From an uncultured Opitutales bacterium (GTDB lineage Bacteria > Verrucomicrobiota > Verrucomicrobiia > Opitutales > Intestinicryptomonadaceae): DNA of 32,000 bases. Positions 1-8,909 of this stretch are shown here, one piece after another. The stretch is taken from positions 60,001 to 92,000 of the forward strand of contig CAKUIA010000003.1 in assembly GCA_934660865.1 (NCBI GenBank), in the 5' to 3' direction. A program made the position numbers and the translations under genes. The notes under the pieces were generated by a model. The model did no database searches. It had not been told where the DNA came from and saw only the letters and a program-made list of their open reading frames with translations. The stretch's first letter is position 1; the number at the start of each line of letters is the position of its first letter.

Positions 1-1
1 T

Positions 2-487
2 TTCCGCGCAAACGAGCGCACCTACCAGCTTATTGTCCAGGTTTCGGGCAGGGCGGGCAGGGGCACCGGCGGAGGCGAAGTTATTGTGCAGACGATGAAT
101 CCCGACGCCCCGCCCATACAATATGCGCGAAAGGACAATTTGGAGGACTTTTTAAGGGAGGAGCTCGAAAACAGAATGAGGTTTTCGTACCCGCCCGCAA
201 AGCGCCTTATAAGGCACATATTCAGGTCGCGCAACCCCGACAAGCTTGCGTTTTACTGCGAGCACTTCGCAAAAAAGGCCGAGCTTGAACTTGGTTCTTC
301 GGTTTTAATGCGCGGGCCCGCCCCGGCTCCCATAGAGAAAATCCAGGAATACTACCGCTGGCACCTGTGGTATTTTTGCGGTAATGTACGAAGCACCGTC
401 GAAAAGATTATGCGCGTAAGAAATTCGTTTACATTCGACAAAGACATTGAAGACGTTTTGGACGTAGACCCGTATTCTACAATATAG
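2..487 (+). CDS. priA: Primosomal protein N' (PriA helicase), C-terminal fragment; 5' part lies outside the window
   Basis: The frame is open from the window edge: FRANERTYQLIVQVSGRAGRGTGGGEVIVQT carries helicase motif VI (QxxGRAGR). A PriA-type C-terminal domain follows, ending VLDVDP. The listed ORF 86..487 is only the internal-Met tail. Confidence 0.85.
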   Translation, partial: FRANERTYQLIVQVSGRAGRGTGGGEVIVQTMNPDAPPIQYARKDNLEDFLREELENRMRFSYPPAKRLIRHIFRSRNPDKLAFYCEHFAKKAELELGSSVLMRGPAPAPIEKIQEYYRWHLWYFCGNVRSTVEKIMRVRNSFTFDKDIEDVLDVDPYSTI

Positions 488-546
488 CGCAGGCGTTGAG
501 CCGCATTTGCGCGCGTTCAAACATTGCAAACAAAGCAAACCCACGT

Positions 547-575
547 TTGACCCCTTTGCCGCGCGGTTTTAAATT
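547..575 (+). promoter_or_regulatory. Putative sigma70-type promoter TTGACC-17 nt-TAAATT, with the next ATG only 7 nt after the -10 (leaderless or near-leaderless)
   Basis: ttgacc at 547-552, taaatt at 570-575, ATG at 582. This is a hexamer match only. Confidence 0.3.
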
Positions 576-581
576 CGGGTA

Positions 582-983
582 ATGGAAACGCAATCTTCAG
601 AACTTTTGGGATTGGGCCTTACGGCGGCTACCGCCCTGCTTGGCGCGTATTATTTGGCTTTGAAAATAAGGGATATGCAGGCCGAAAAACCCGATCCGAA
701 AATAACGTATGTAACATATACAAGTATGGAAAAAATGCGCAACGAACTAATGCGCATAATAACCGAGTCGGGCGGCGAGCTTAGGCTTTTGCGCTCGGAA
801 ATAAGGGAGGACATTCGTCTAATGCAGCGCCAGTATGCCCAAAGCCTGGGCGAAACGCGCGAGCTTATAAGCAAAAACGCGCAAAACATAAGCTCGCTTA
901 TAGCGCAAAGCGCGCTTGCAAACCAGCGCATAGGCGAACTCGGAGTTAGAGTGGAAAAAATCGCGTCAAAGGCTGTAAAATGA
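582..983 (+). CDS. Hypothetical N-terminally membrane-anchored coiled-coil protein (i-spanin-like architecture)
   Basis: 133 aa. One hydrophobic helix (LLGLGLTAATALLGAYYLAL) is followed by heptad-like charged sequence. Its stop overlaps the next ATG (ATGA at 980-983). Confidence 0.5.
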   Translation: METQSSELLGLGLTAATALLGAYYLALKIRDMQAEKPDPKITYVTYTSMEKMRNELMRIITESGGELRLLRSEIREDIRLMQRQYAQSLGETRELISKNAQNISSLIAQSALANQRIGELGVRVEKIASKAVK

Positions 984-1243
984 GCTACTGCAAAATTATG
1001 GTGCGCACGGCAATACTGCTTCAGCTAAGGGCGGCAAGCCCCGCGCAAATGCCCGTAAAAAACCTTCTGTGCGGGCTTAAAATCGCGTCGTTCGAAATAG
1101 GCGAAAGCGAGCTTTTGCGCGAGCTGGACTACCTTGAAAAGAAAGGCTACATAAAAATGGGCGAAGACGAAATTTCGCCGTCGTATAAGCGCTGCACGCT
1201 AAGCGCTTTGGCCTACGACTATCTCGAAAGAAGGGGCTTTTAG
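980..1243 (+). CDS. Hypothetical small protein, winged-helix-like
   Basis: 87 aa, translationally coupled on both sides. The LRELDYLEKKGYIKMGED pattern resembles wHTH wing/recognition regions. No confident family call. Confidence 0.45.
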   Translation: MSYCKIMVRTAILLQLRAASPAQMPVKNLLCGLKIASFEIGESELLRELDYLEKKGYIKMGEDEISPSYKRCTLSALAYDYLERRGF

Positions 1244-1244
1244 T

Positions 1245-1640
1245 ATGCCGCCAAAAGTTGTTGAAACACAAGCCGCTAAAACGGCGGCTTCTTCGGCAAA
1301 GCCGAAAAGGCGCGCAAAAAAGAGGGCGCTTGGCACTCCCTTTTGCGAGTATCTCGACAAAATACGCGCGGCGCGCGAAAACGCAATTACGGCCTCGGAA
1401 ATAGTTTTGGGCACGCTTTGCGACAAGCGCAAGGTTTTGGTGGATTTAATTTTGGAGGCGCTGTTCGACTATTTTTGCGAAAGCGACATTGCCGAAATTA
1501 CTCCCGCCGCCCTTAACGCAATAGCGGGGATAGTGCAAAAACTTTCGGCTACGGCCAAAGACGACAACGGCAAAACGCCGTCGGGCGAAATAGGCGGCGA
1601 AACACTCGCCCAAATAGAGGACAAACTTAAGTTGTTATGA
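1245..1640 (+). CDS. Hypothetical protein with a basic N-terminus; candidate small terminase / DNA-recognition subunit by position
   Basis: 131 aa with an AKPKRRAKKRALG basic stretch. Its stop overlaps the terminase ATG (ATGA at 1637-1640). The function is inferred from position only. Confidence 0.4.
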   Translation: MPPKVVETQAAKTAASSAKPKRRAKKRALGTPFCEYLDKIRAARENAITASEIVLGTLCDKRKVLVDLILEALFDYFCESDIAEITPAALNAIAGIVQKLSATAKDDNGKTPSGEIGGETLAQIEDKLKLL

Positions 1641-2983
1641 GCTTTTTTTTGCCGTATCAAAAAAAGTGGCTTTTGGACAATTCGCGTATCAAGCTTATGC
1701 AAAAGAGCCGCCAGATAGGAATGAGCTGGACATCGGCATACAGCCTTGTGCGCCGCCATGCCCTAAGCTCGCAAAGGCTGGATTCCTGGGTAAGCTCGCG
1801 TGACGAGGTGCAGGCCTCCTTGTTTGTGCAAGACTGCAAAAAGTTTGCCGAAATTTTGAACATAGCCTTTGCCGAAAGCGTGGGAATGGGGGTGTCGAAA
1901 GGCGCGTCGTCGTGCGAAATAGGGTTTTTTAACGGGACTAAAATACATTCGCTAAGCTCGAACCCCGACGCGCAGGCGGGCAAGCGCGGCAACCGAATTT
2001 TAGACGAGTTTGCCCTGCACGAAGACCCCGAAAAACTCTATGCGATAGCATACCCCGGAATAACCTGGGGCGGGCAGCTCGAAATAATTTCGACGCACAG
2101 GGGTGCAAACAGCTTTTTCAACAAGCTTGTATGCGAAATAAAATACAACAACAACCCCAAAAACATTTCGCTGCACACTGTAAGCTTGCAGGACGCATTG
2201 GAGCAGGGCTTTTTGCAAAAGCTTAAAAACGCGTTGGGCAAAGACAACCCCGTATACGAAATGGACGAAGCCGAGTATTTCGACTACATAAAGGCCTCGT
2301 GCGTGGACGAGCAAAGTTTTATGCAGGAATATATGTGCGTTCCCGCAGACGACAACGAGGTTTTTATTCCGTTTGGCGTGTTGCAGAAAAACTTTTACCC
2401 GCCTTCCGAAAATTGGCGGCGCGAATTATCGGGCATAAACAACCCCATGTATTTGGGCGTAGACGTTGCCCGAACGAGGGATTTTAGCGCATTTTGCCTC
2501 ATAGAAAAGGTAGACGGACACTGCTTTGTGCGCGACATACAGCTTATGAAAAACGCCCCCTTTTCGGAGCAGGAATCGGTTTTGTTTTCGTACTTAAGGC
2601 ACGAAAACGTGGTGATGGCCTGCATAGACAATACGGGAATAGGGCGCCAGTTTGCCGAAAGGGCCAAAGAGCGCTACTCGAGCTCGCGAATAAAAGAGTT
2701 TAATTTTTCGGCAAAGAGCAAGGAAATTTTGGCGTATCCGCTAAAGTCGGCGCTGGAAAACTGCGAGTTTTCCATTCCCGACACCGAGGCGGTGCGCGGC
2801 AATTTCAGGAATTTAAAGAGGTCTTTTGCATACGACGGCGCAAGCTTTAAGGCCGCGCACAATGGCGACGGGCATTGCGACCTGTTTTGGGCAATGGCTT
2901 TGGCTTTTAACGCCTCGCGGGCTTTCGGGATAGGGCAGATAAAAATACTGCCGAGCCGCGCAGGCGAAAAGTTTGTTTGGTAG
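1637..2983 (+). CDS. Phage terminase large subunit (TerL-like ATPase + RNase H-like nuclease)
   Basis: 448 aa. The N-terminus LPYQKKWLLDNSRIKLMQKSRQIGMSW is a terminase-type deviant Walker A. RILDEFA is a Walker B. Acidic nuclease motifs are GVDVARTRDFSAF, CIDNTGIG and GDGHCDLFWAMALA. The ORF is intact. Confidence 0.8.
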   Translation: MSFFLPYQKKWLLDNSRIKLMQKSRQIGMSWTSAYSLVRRHALSSQRLDSWVSSRDEVQASLFVQDCKKFAEILNIAFAESVGMGVSKGASSCEIGFFNGTKIHSLSSNPDAQAGKRGNRILDEFALHEDPEKLYAIAYPGITWGGQLEIISTHRGANSFFNKLVCEIKYNNNPKNISLHTVSLQDALEQGFLQKLKNALGKDNPVYEMDEAEYFDYIKASCVDEQSFMQEYMCVPADDNEVFIPFGVLQKNFYPPSENWRRELSGINNPMYLGVDVARTRDFSAFCLIEKVDGHCFVRDIQLMKNAPFSEQESVLFSYLRHENVVMACIDNTGIGRQFAERAKERYSSSRIKEFNFSAKSKEILAYPLKSALENCEFSIPDTEAVRGNFRNLKRSFAYDGASFKAAHNGDGHCDLFWAMALAFNASRAFGIGQIKILPSRAGEKFVW

Positions 2984-3038
2984 CCGCAAAAATTTTTTTT
3001 GACGCGCAAGGGATATTTTTATAGCGTGGAATTGTTAT

Positions 3039-4505
3039 ATGAAAAGCATACAATTTATAAAGACGTGCGGCGCGTTTTTTGCCGCGGTTATAGTTTCGCA
3101 TTTTGCGTGCGCAAAGTCGGTGGATGTGGCCGATTTCGGCGCAAAGGGCGACGGGGTTTTCGACAATACAAAGCAGATACAAAAGGCGATAGACGAGTGT
3201 TCCGCTTCGGGCGGGGGCTTTGTTTGGTTCGGCGAAGGCCAATACAAATCGGGCCACATAGTTTTAAAGGACAACGTTGTTTTAAAGCTTGCTGGCAATG
3301 CCGTTTTGCTCGGCAGCGAAGACTTTAACGCGTATCCCAAAATAGACCTGCCTACGGCCGACGCCGATTTTAACTACGCGTTTATATACGCAAAGGGCGC
3401 AAAAAACATAGGTATTGAAGGCGGCACAATTAGGGGCGCAGGCGACAAGTTTACGCACGACCCAAAGCACCCGCAATACCACCACAGGCCGCGAAACATT
3501 TTGTTCGATTCGTGCAAAAACGTTTCGGTTAAAAACGTGAAAATGCGCTCGCCCGCTTTTTGGAATGCGTTTTTCCTGTATTGCGACGGCGTTGCATTAA
3601 ACAATCTCGACATTTTCGCCCACGCAAACCACAACAACGACGGACTGGATATTTCCAGCAAAAACGTGGTTGTTTCCAACTGCATTATAGACGCTTTGGA
3701 CGACGGCATTTGCCTTAAAAACGAGCACGGGCAAAGCTTTGTAGTGGAAAACATTTCGGTTACAAACTGCGTTATTGCAAGTTCCAGCAACTTTTTCAAA
3801 ATAGGCACCGGCACCCAGGGCGACTTTAAAAACATAACGGTTTCGAACTGCGTATTTAAAAGGGTGTATCCCCAAACAATGCTTAAGTGGGATTGGCTTA
3901 AAAATTCGGGCATAGAAAAGGGGGCCGCCACGGGCATTTCGGGCATTGCGCTGGAAGCCGTAGACGGCGGCAGCGTGCAAAACGTTGCAATATCGAACAT
4001 AGTTATGGAGGGCATACAAACCCCCGTATTTATAAGGGTAGACGACCGCAACAACAAAAATTTGCTCAACAAAAAAAGCGCCATGGCAAACATTGCAATA
4101 AGCAACGTTATAGCCACCGCCGAAAGCTGGATAACAAGCACCATAACCGCCGTTAAGGGGCACGAACTGAAAAACATAACAATTAGCGACTGTATGTTTA
4201 CAATTAAAGGCTGCAATCTTGACAACGCAGCAAATGCCGTTGTTCCCGAGCCTAAAAAGACCTATCCCGAAAACAGAATGTTCGGCGTTTTAATTCCGTC
4301 GTACGGGTTTTATGTAAGAAATGCAAAAGACATAACCTTTTCGAACGTGCAGCTTAAGTTTACGGGAGAGGAAAAACGGCCCGCCTTGTATGCCGAAAAT
4401 ACGGAGGGCCTGCGCATGATTGGCTGCATATTCAAAAAGTCGGCAGCCGGCGAAAATCTGCGCTTTGTAAACACAAAGCCCGACATTGTAAATTCGGTAT
4501 ACTAG
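3039..4505 (+). CDS. Secreted glycoside hydrolase family 28 / pectate-lyase-fold protein (polygalacturonase-like)
   Basis: 488 aa with a signal peptide (AAVIVSHFACA). The N-terminal motif is DFGAKGDGVFDNTKQIQKAIDE. GH28-like catalytic motifs are NHNNDGLDI and ALDDGICLKN. The sequence has parallel beta-helix repeat character. Confidence 0.85.
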   Translation: MKSIQFIKTCGAFFAAVIVSHFACAKSVDVADFGAKGDGVFDNTKQIQKAIDECSASGGGFVWFGEGQYKSGHIVLKDNVVLKLAGNAVLLGSEDFNAYPKIDLPTADADFNYAFIYAKGAKNIGIEGGTIRGAGDKFTHDPKHPQYHHRPRNILFDSCKNVSVKNVKMRSPAFWNAFFLYCDGVALNNLDIFAHANHNNDGLDISSKNVVVSNCIIDALDDGICLKNEHGQSFVVENISVTNCVIASSSNFFKIGTGTQGDFKNITVSNCVFKRVYPQTMLKWDWLKNSGIEKGAATGISGIALEAVDGGSVQNVAISNIVMEGIQTPVFIRVDDRNNKNLLNKKSAMANIAISNVIATAESWITSTITAVKGHELKNITISDCMFTIKGCNLDNAANAVVPEPKKTYPENRMFGVLIPSYGFYVRNAKDITFSNVQLKFTGEEKRPALYAENTEGLRMIGCIFKKSAAGENLRFVNTKPDIVNSVY

Positions 4506-4532
4506 CCGATTTACCCGCAAAAAACACAAAAC

Positions 4533-4565
4533 AAAAAAGCCGAAGTTTTTTTACTTCGGCTTTTT
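4533..4565. terminator. Bidirectional rho-independent terminator between convergent genes
   Basis: An 8-bp stem, gccgaagt (4539-4546) / acttcggc (4553-4560), has a 6-nt loop. It is flanked by an A-run upstream and a T-run downstream. Confidence 0.75.
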
Positions 4566-4598
4566 GTTGCAGTTTTGCCCTACGAGTAAATTGCCCGT

Positions 4599-5957
4599 TT
4601 AAATTTCCATATACTCGGAGGGCTGCGGGATTATAACCTGCGTTTTCGGGCTTATGTCTATTATGTTGTCCATAAACCATTCGCGCGACGCTTCGCTGCC
4701 GTGGGTTAGTATTACGCAACGCGGGTCTTTTTCGATTATGAATTTAAGTATGTCGGCCCTGTCGGCGTGCGAGCTTAAGTCGAACTTGTCTACCTTGCAG
4801 TTTATTTTTGTAGAATAGAAAAGCCCGTCGAAATTAAAGTAGTCGCCAGGTTTGCACTGCAAAAGTTTGCCCGCGGGGGTGTCGGGGTCGCAATAGCCCA
4901 CAAAGCATATTGAATTTTCCTTTTGCGCCATTACCGCCGACGCCGCCAAAAAGCTGGGGGTATGTTCTACAAGCATTCCGCTGCCCAAAACGTAGATTCC
5001 CTTTTCCTCGAAATCCTGCCCGGGTTTTATTTCGAAACGCATCGGCTTTACGCCCTCCATAGCCTGCTTTGCAAACGAAAAGTGGTGGCTTTTTTTCGAA
5101 AGCTCTATCATTTGCTCGGCAATGTCTACGCCCAAGCCCGTTGCAAAAACGGGGGTTTCTTTGGGGATTGTGCCTTCGGCCTTCGCCCTTTGTATTATAA
5201 GCAAAATCTCCTGCATTCTGCCCAGCGCAAAGGCCGGCACCAAAACGCTGCCGCCGTCTTTTATTGTTGTCGAAAGCGACTTTAAAAAGCGTTGAACCTC
5301 GCTTTGGTAGGTTGAATCTTTTGGGCGGTCGTACGAGCCGCGCGTGGTTTCTATTACAAGGGTGTCGACCTTGCCCGCGGGAGGGTTTGCGCCTTTTAGC
5401 AGGGCGGTAGAGTGAAAGCTCATATCGCCGCTAAACAAAATTTTGCGCCTGTTATATTCCAACAAAACCGACGACGCCCCGGGAATGTGCCCGGCTCCCC
5501 AAAAGCTTACGGTTATCCTTTCGCCGCCGGATAACTCTAAAGTGCGTTCCACGCCGTTTTGCATCGGAATAATTCTGGACTTTACCGCGTCTATGTCGGC
5601 CGAGGAATACAGCGGGTATTCCATTATTTTTAGCTCGTCTTTTTGCTTTGCCATAACCGCCTTCGAATTGCGCAGCATGCGCACTACAAGGTCGGCTCCT
5701 CCGCGGTTTGTCATAATGGTGGCGTGCGGGTGCTTTCTTGCGATTATAGGCAGCGCCGCGCAGTGGTCTAAATGCGCGTGGGTTATGCAGATAAAATCCA
5801 AAGTGTCGTCTGCAATTTGCGCCAAGTCGGGCAGGGCTTTATAGCCGTAATACTTCGGGTGCATACCGCAGTCTATAAGCCCCCTAAACGGGCCTATCTG
5901 CACATAGTGGGCGCTTGCCCCAACTTCTATTTCGGTATTTAAATCGCAATACTGCAT
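4599..5957 (-). CDS. Beta-CASP family MBL-fold metallo-hydrolase (CPSF-73/TTHA0252-like ribonuclease)
   Basis: 452 aa with the HxHxDH motif (ITHAHLDHCAALP). Beta-CASP motifs: A (VPAFALGRMQE), B (LSSHADR), C (LTHGS). Confidence 0.85.
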   Translation of the reverse strand: MQYCDLNTEIEVGASAHYVQIGPFRGLIDCGMHPKYYGYKALPDLAQIADDTLDFICITHAHLDHCAALPIIARKHPHATIMTNRGGADLVVRMLRNSKAVMAKQKDELKIMEYPLYSSADIDAVKSRIIPMQNGVERTLELSGGERITVSFWGAGHIPGASSVLLEYNRRKILFSGDMSFHSTALLKGANPPAGKVDTLVIETTRGSYDRPKDSTYQSEVQRFLKSLSTTIKDGGSVLVPAFALGRMQEILLIIQRAKAEGTIPKETPVFATGLGVDIAEQMIELSKKSHHFSFAKQAMEGVKPMRFEIKPGQDFEEKGIYVLGSGMLVEHTPSFLAASAVMAQKENSICFVGYCDPDTPAGKLLQCKPGDYFNFDGLFYSTKINCKVDKFDLSSHADRADILKFIIEKDPRCVILTHGSEASREWFMDNIIDISPKTQVIIPQPSEYMEI

Positions 5958-5962
5958 AATCG

Positions 5963-6232
5963 CTATTCTTCCTTTTCGGCGTAGTCTACGGCAATGCGGA
6001 AGTATTTTAGATAGTCGTCGTCGGCAACGCTTTTGCGCTTTTTTGCAAGTTCTTCGAGCAGCACTTCGGGTGCGCGCCCCCTAAGTTCGTAGGTGTGCCT
6101 GATGTTCAGGTCTAGCAAAGCGCGGGCCCCCGCCACTTTCATTCCCTCTATCTGCATAAAGGGGCTGGTAAGCGCTTCGTAGTCGGCCTTGCGCTTTTTG
6201 TCCTGCTTGCTTTCCGAAATTTTGCGCGGCAT
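5963..6232 (-). CDS. Small helix-hairpin-helix-like protein (Cdd1 / pathogenicity-locus-like pattern), function unknown
   Basis: 89 aa. IEGMKVAGARALLDLNIRHTYELRGRAPEVLLEEL ... YFRIAVDYA resembles the HhH Cdd1-type pattern. It directly abuts the upstream TPR gene and lies 5 nt from the MBL gene. Confidence 0.45.
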   Translation of the reverse strand: MPRKISESKQDKKRKADYEALTSPFMQIEGMKVAGARALLDLNIRHTYELRGRAPEVLLEELAKKRKSVADDDYLKYFRIAVDYAEKEE

Positions 6233-7393
6233 TTATTTTAAAAGTTTTTCCACTTCCTTTGCGCGGGCATCGCCTCCGAATTTTTCGAGACCCGAGCGTA
6301 TTATTTTCTTTGCAACTTCGTCTTTATACAAAGCTTCGCTATTCTTGCCGAGGGCGCCCATATAGAAATAGTCGGGGGCATTGTTTGCAATGGCGTATTG
6401 CACAAGCATAAATTTCGGCTGAGTTCTAAGCTCGGCGGCGGCCAGCTTGTCTTTTACGGCGTCTATATTCTGTATATGCTTGGAAATCAGCGAAAGCTCT
6501 ACCAAGTCGTTATAGGCGGATTTATCGCCCAATTTTAAAGCCTTGTTTATAAGCTTGAAAGCCGCGTTTACATCGCCCGTGCGGTATTCTACAAGGGCTT
6601 TGCCCTTTAGCGCAATGGTGCTGTTCGGGTTTGCCTTTAGCGCAACTTGGTAGGCTTCGCTTGCGGGGAACCACAGGCTGTTTATGGCCGCCGCCCTTGC
6701 GGGAATAACCGCGCATTCGCCGTCCCACAATTTCGGGTTTGCGCCGTATATGTTAAGGGCGGTGTTAAAAGAGTCTACCGACGCCGTTTTGAAGATTTCG
6801 TCCAAATTCAAATTCGCCAAAACGCTTTTTCCCAAAGCTTCGTTCTTTGTCTCGTTAACGGAGCTGTACATCAAAATTATGTTGGCGGCCTCCAAGTCGC
6901 CTTTGGCCAAGGCTTTTAGGGCGTCTATGTAGGCTTCAACCTTTTTGGGGGTGCGCTCCATAATATACAGGCTTGCAAGCGATTTTAACGCGGTTTTGTC
7001 GCCCATGTCCGAGGCCTTTTTGTACAGGTCTTCGGCGGCGGCTTTGTCGTTTTTAATGAGGTTCATTGTGGCCAAGCTGCGTATGGCCGCCGCGTTTTGC
7101 GGAACCGCCTTAATGTGCTTTTGCAAAAGCGACATTGCCTTGTCGACGTTTCTTGTCGCCATATACGCCATAGCTATCGGAAAAAGCTCGGTGTCCTTAA
7201 AGTCCGACAGCCTCGATTCGTAGTCGGCAATAAGGTTTGCGTTGTTTTGAAGGTTTGCGAAAACCGCGGGGTTGTCGAACTTTGCGTAGTCTTTAAAAAG
7301 GTTTTTTTGTTTTAAAAGCTCGGTTTTGTCCTGCGCGAAAGTTGCGGCGGCAACCGCCAAAAGCGAAAATAGGAATATGGATAGTCTTTTCAT
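6233..7393 (-). CDS. Secreted tetratricopeptide-repeat (TPR) protein
   Basis: 386 aa with a signal peptide (LFSLLAVAAATFAQD). Ala/Leu/Lys-rich helical repeats recur (e.g. AEDLYKKASDMGD, ASEAYQVALKANPNS). Confidence 0.7.
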   Translation of the reverse strand: MKRLSIFLFSLLAVAAATFAQDKTELLKQKNLFKDYAKFDNPAVFANLQNNANLIADYESRLSDFKDTELFPIAMAYMATRNVDKAMSLLQKHIKAVPQNAAAIRSLATMNLIKNDKAAAEDLYKKASDMGDKTALKSLASLYIMERTPKKVEAYIDALKALAKGDLEAANIILMYSSVNETKNEALGKSVLANLNLDEIFKTASVDSFNTALNIYGANPKLWDGECAVIPARAAAINSLWFPASEAYQVALKANPNSTIALKGKALVEYRTGDVNAAFKLINKALKLGDKSAYNDLVELSLISKHIQNIDAVKDKLAAAELRTQPKFMLVQYAIANNAPDYFYMGALGKNSEALYKDEVAKKIIRSGLEKFGGDARAKEVEKLLK

Positions 7394-7397
7394 TTTT

Positions 7398-8153
7398 TTA
7401 GCCTTGTATTTTTGTTATGTAAAAGTCGTGTAAACCCAATAGAGCAAGATGGCATTCCCGCCTGCGCAGGGCAAGCCATTTTTTGGGGAGAAGCGAAAGG
7501 CTGCCCCCCGTAAATACCGTTTTTTGTTCGGCATTTTGCCCGTCGAAAAATTCTGCTTGAATGTCGTTTATAATGCCGTCTATAAGCCTGCAAAGCCCCT
7601 TTACGCAGCCCACGTTCATTGCCTCTACGGTGGATTTGCCTACGCTTACCGAGTAGTCGGCATTTTGCGGGTCTATTTTCGGCAAAAGGGCGGTTTTTTC
7701 GTGCAAATACAGCGTAAATGCGTGCAGCCCCGGGGCGATTGCGCCGCCCGCATAGCTGCCCGACTTGTCCACAAGGTCTATGGTAATTGCCGTTCCCATA
7801 TCCACGCAAATATAGGGGGGCTTAAAAAATCTTGCGGCCCCTATAGCGTCGGCAAGGCGGTCGTCGCCCACTTCGGCGGGGTTTTTAAGGTCTATTTTTA
7901 TGGGGCAGTTTTTGTAGCAAAGGCGCAGCGCCTTTTTGCCGCAAGTTTCAAGCGCGCTTTGCAAAATGCCAGCCTCTTTTGGCACAACCGAGCACCATGC
8001 AATGCCGTCTACGGCGCTTAGGTTTGCAAAATATTCGGAGAATTTCGCCCCGAAGTTTTTTGTGGGCAGCTCCCTAAATTGGTCTACGTTTTCGTTTTCT
8101 ACAACCGCGCAGTGTGTGCGGGTGTTGCCCATGTCTATACATAAAATTTTCAT
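7398..8153 (-). CDS. coaX: Type III pantothenate kinase
   Basis: 251 aa counted from the internal ATG at 8153. It starts MKILCIDMGNTRTHC and contains VGDDRLADAIGA and VDMGTAITID. The ATG overlaps the birA stop (ATGA). The longer listed ORF start at 8390 is rejected. Confidence 0.9.
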   Translation of the reverse strand: MKILCIDMGNTRTHCAVVENENVDQFRELPTKNFGAKFSEYFANLSAVDGIAWCSVVPKEAGILQSALETCGKKALRLCYKNCPIKIDLKNPAEVGDDRLADAIGAARFFKPPYICVDMGTAITIDLVDKSGSYAGGAIAPGLHAFTLYLHEKTALLPKIDPQNADYSVSVGKSTVEAMNVGCVKGLCRLIDGIINDIQAEFFDGQNAEQKTVFTGGSLSLLPKKWLALRRRECHLALLGLHDFYITKIQG

Positions 8154-8908
8154 ACGGCAATGCTTGCCTCTCCCGAAGATACGCTTTTTATTTCGCCGTT
8201 TGCCTGTTTTATCAAAAGTTCGGCGTTTTCGTTTATACCGCAGGCAACGCCCTCTATTTCCTCGTTCGAAAGCAAAATTTTCACCTTTTTGCCGTATAGC
8301 CAATCGTATTCGGCAAAGTGCGACAAGACATTTTTTGCGTTTGCGCCGCAAAGTGCGTCTACAAAGGCGTTTTTGCAGCAAATTGCGCATTTGTTTATGT
8401 CGGCATTTTTGCAGATTTCGCTTAGCGAAACGGGCGGGCGCCTAAAGTTTTCGGGGTTCTTTGGCGGCATAATGTTTACGCCTATTCCGACAACCGCCTT
8501 CGATATTTTGCCGTTTTCGGCCTTTGCTTCGCATAGTATGCCGCAAAGTTTTTTGCCGTTAAAATAAATGTCGTTTGGCCACTTTATTTGCAGGTTTGCG
8601 CCGAATGCGGCCTTTAGCTGCCCGCAAAGCAAAATCGCAACGCGGCAGGGCACGCTTAAAAGCTTTGTGCTTTTGTCTGCAACAAAACCGCCCGAAAAGA
8701 ATAGCGATTCGCCCGAAGCCCCCTGCCACTTGCGCCCAAGCCTGCCGCGCCCGCTGGTTTGCGTTTCGGCAATGGCTGCGCATAAAGGATTTTCGTTTAA
8801 AAGCTCGAACGCCTTGTCGTTTGTAGAGGCTGCCTCTTCGTAAATTTCAAGGCATACTCCCGATTTTTTAAAATTGCCGACAAGCAAATTTTTGTCGAAT
8901 ACGGGCAT
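8150..8908 (-). CDS. birA: Biotin--[acetyl-CoA-carboxylase] ligase (class I, no HTH domain)
   Basis: 252 aa with QTSGRGRLGRKWQGASGESLFFS and KWPNDIYFNGKKLCGILCE signatures. Confidence 0.9.
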   Translation of the reverse strand: MPVFDKNLLVGNFKKSGVCLEIYEEAASTNDKAFELLNENPLCAAIAETQTSGRGRLGRKWQGASGESLFFSGGFVADKSTKLLSVPCRVAILLCGQLKAAFGANLQIKWPNDIYFNGKKLCGILCEAKAENGKISKAVVGIGVNIMPPKNPENFRRPPVSLSEICKNADINKCAICCKNAFVDALCGANAKNVLSHFAEYDWLYGKKVKILLSNEEIEGVACGINENAELLIKQANGEIKSVSSGEASIAV

Positions 8909-8909
8909 T

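Noticed and set aside
488-3038. Possible att-like direct repeats flanking the terminase cassette
   Set aside because: Only a 7-nt match (agccgca, near 499-505 and 2984-2990) was seen by eye. That is too short to distinguish from chance.
3374-4225. 283-aa minus-strand ORF (and the 188-aa ORF at 3597..4163) inside the GH28 gene
   Set aside because: It lies entirely antisense to a well-supported gene with clear family motifs. The translation is low-information, hydrophobic and repetitive, with no recognisable motif. It is a shadow ORF.
8154-8390. 79-codon N-terminal extension of the coaX ORF (listed start at 8390)
   Set aside because: The extension is Arg/Lys-rich nonsense (RRTLRRKRKK...) that fully overlaps the birA coding region. 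CoaX homology begins exactly at the ATG at 8153, which overlaps the birA stop.
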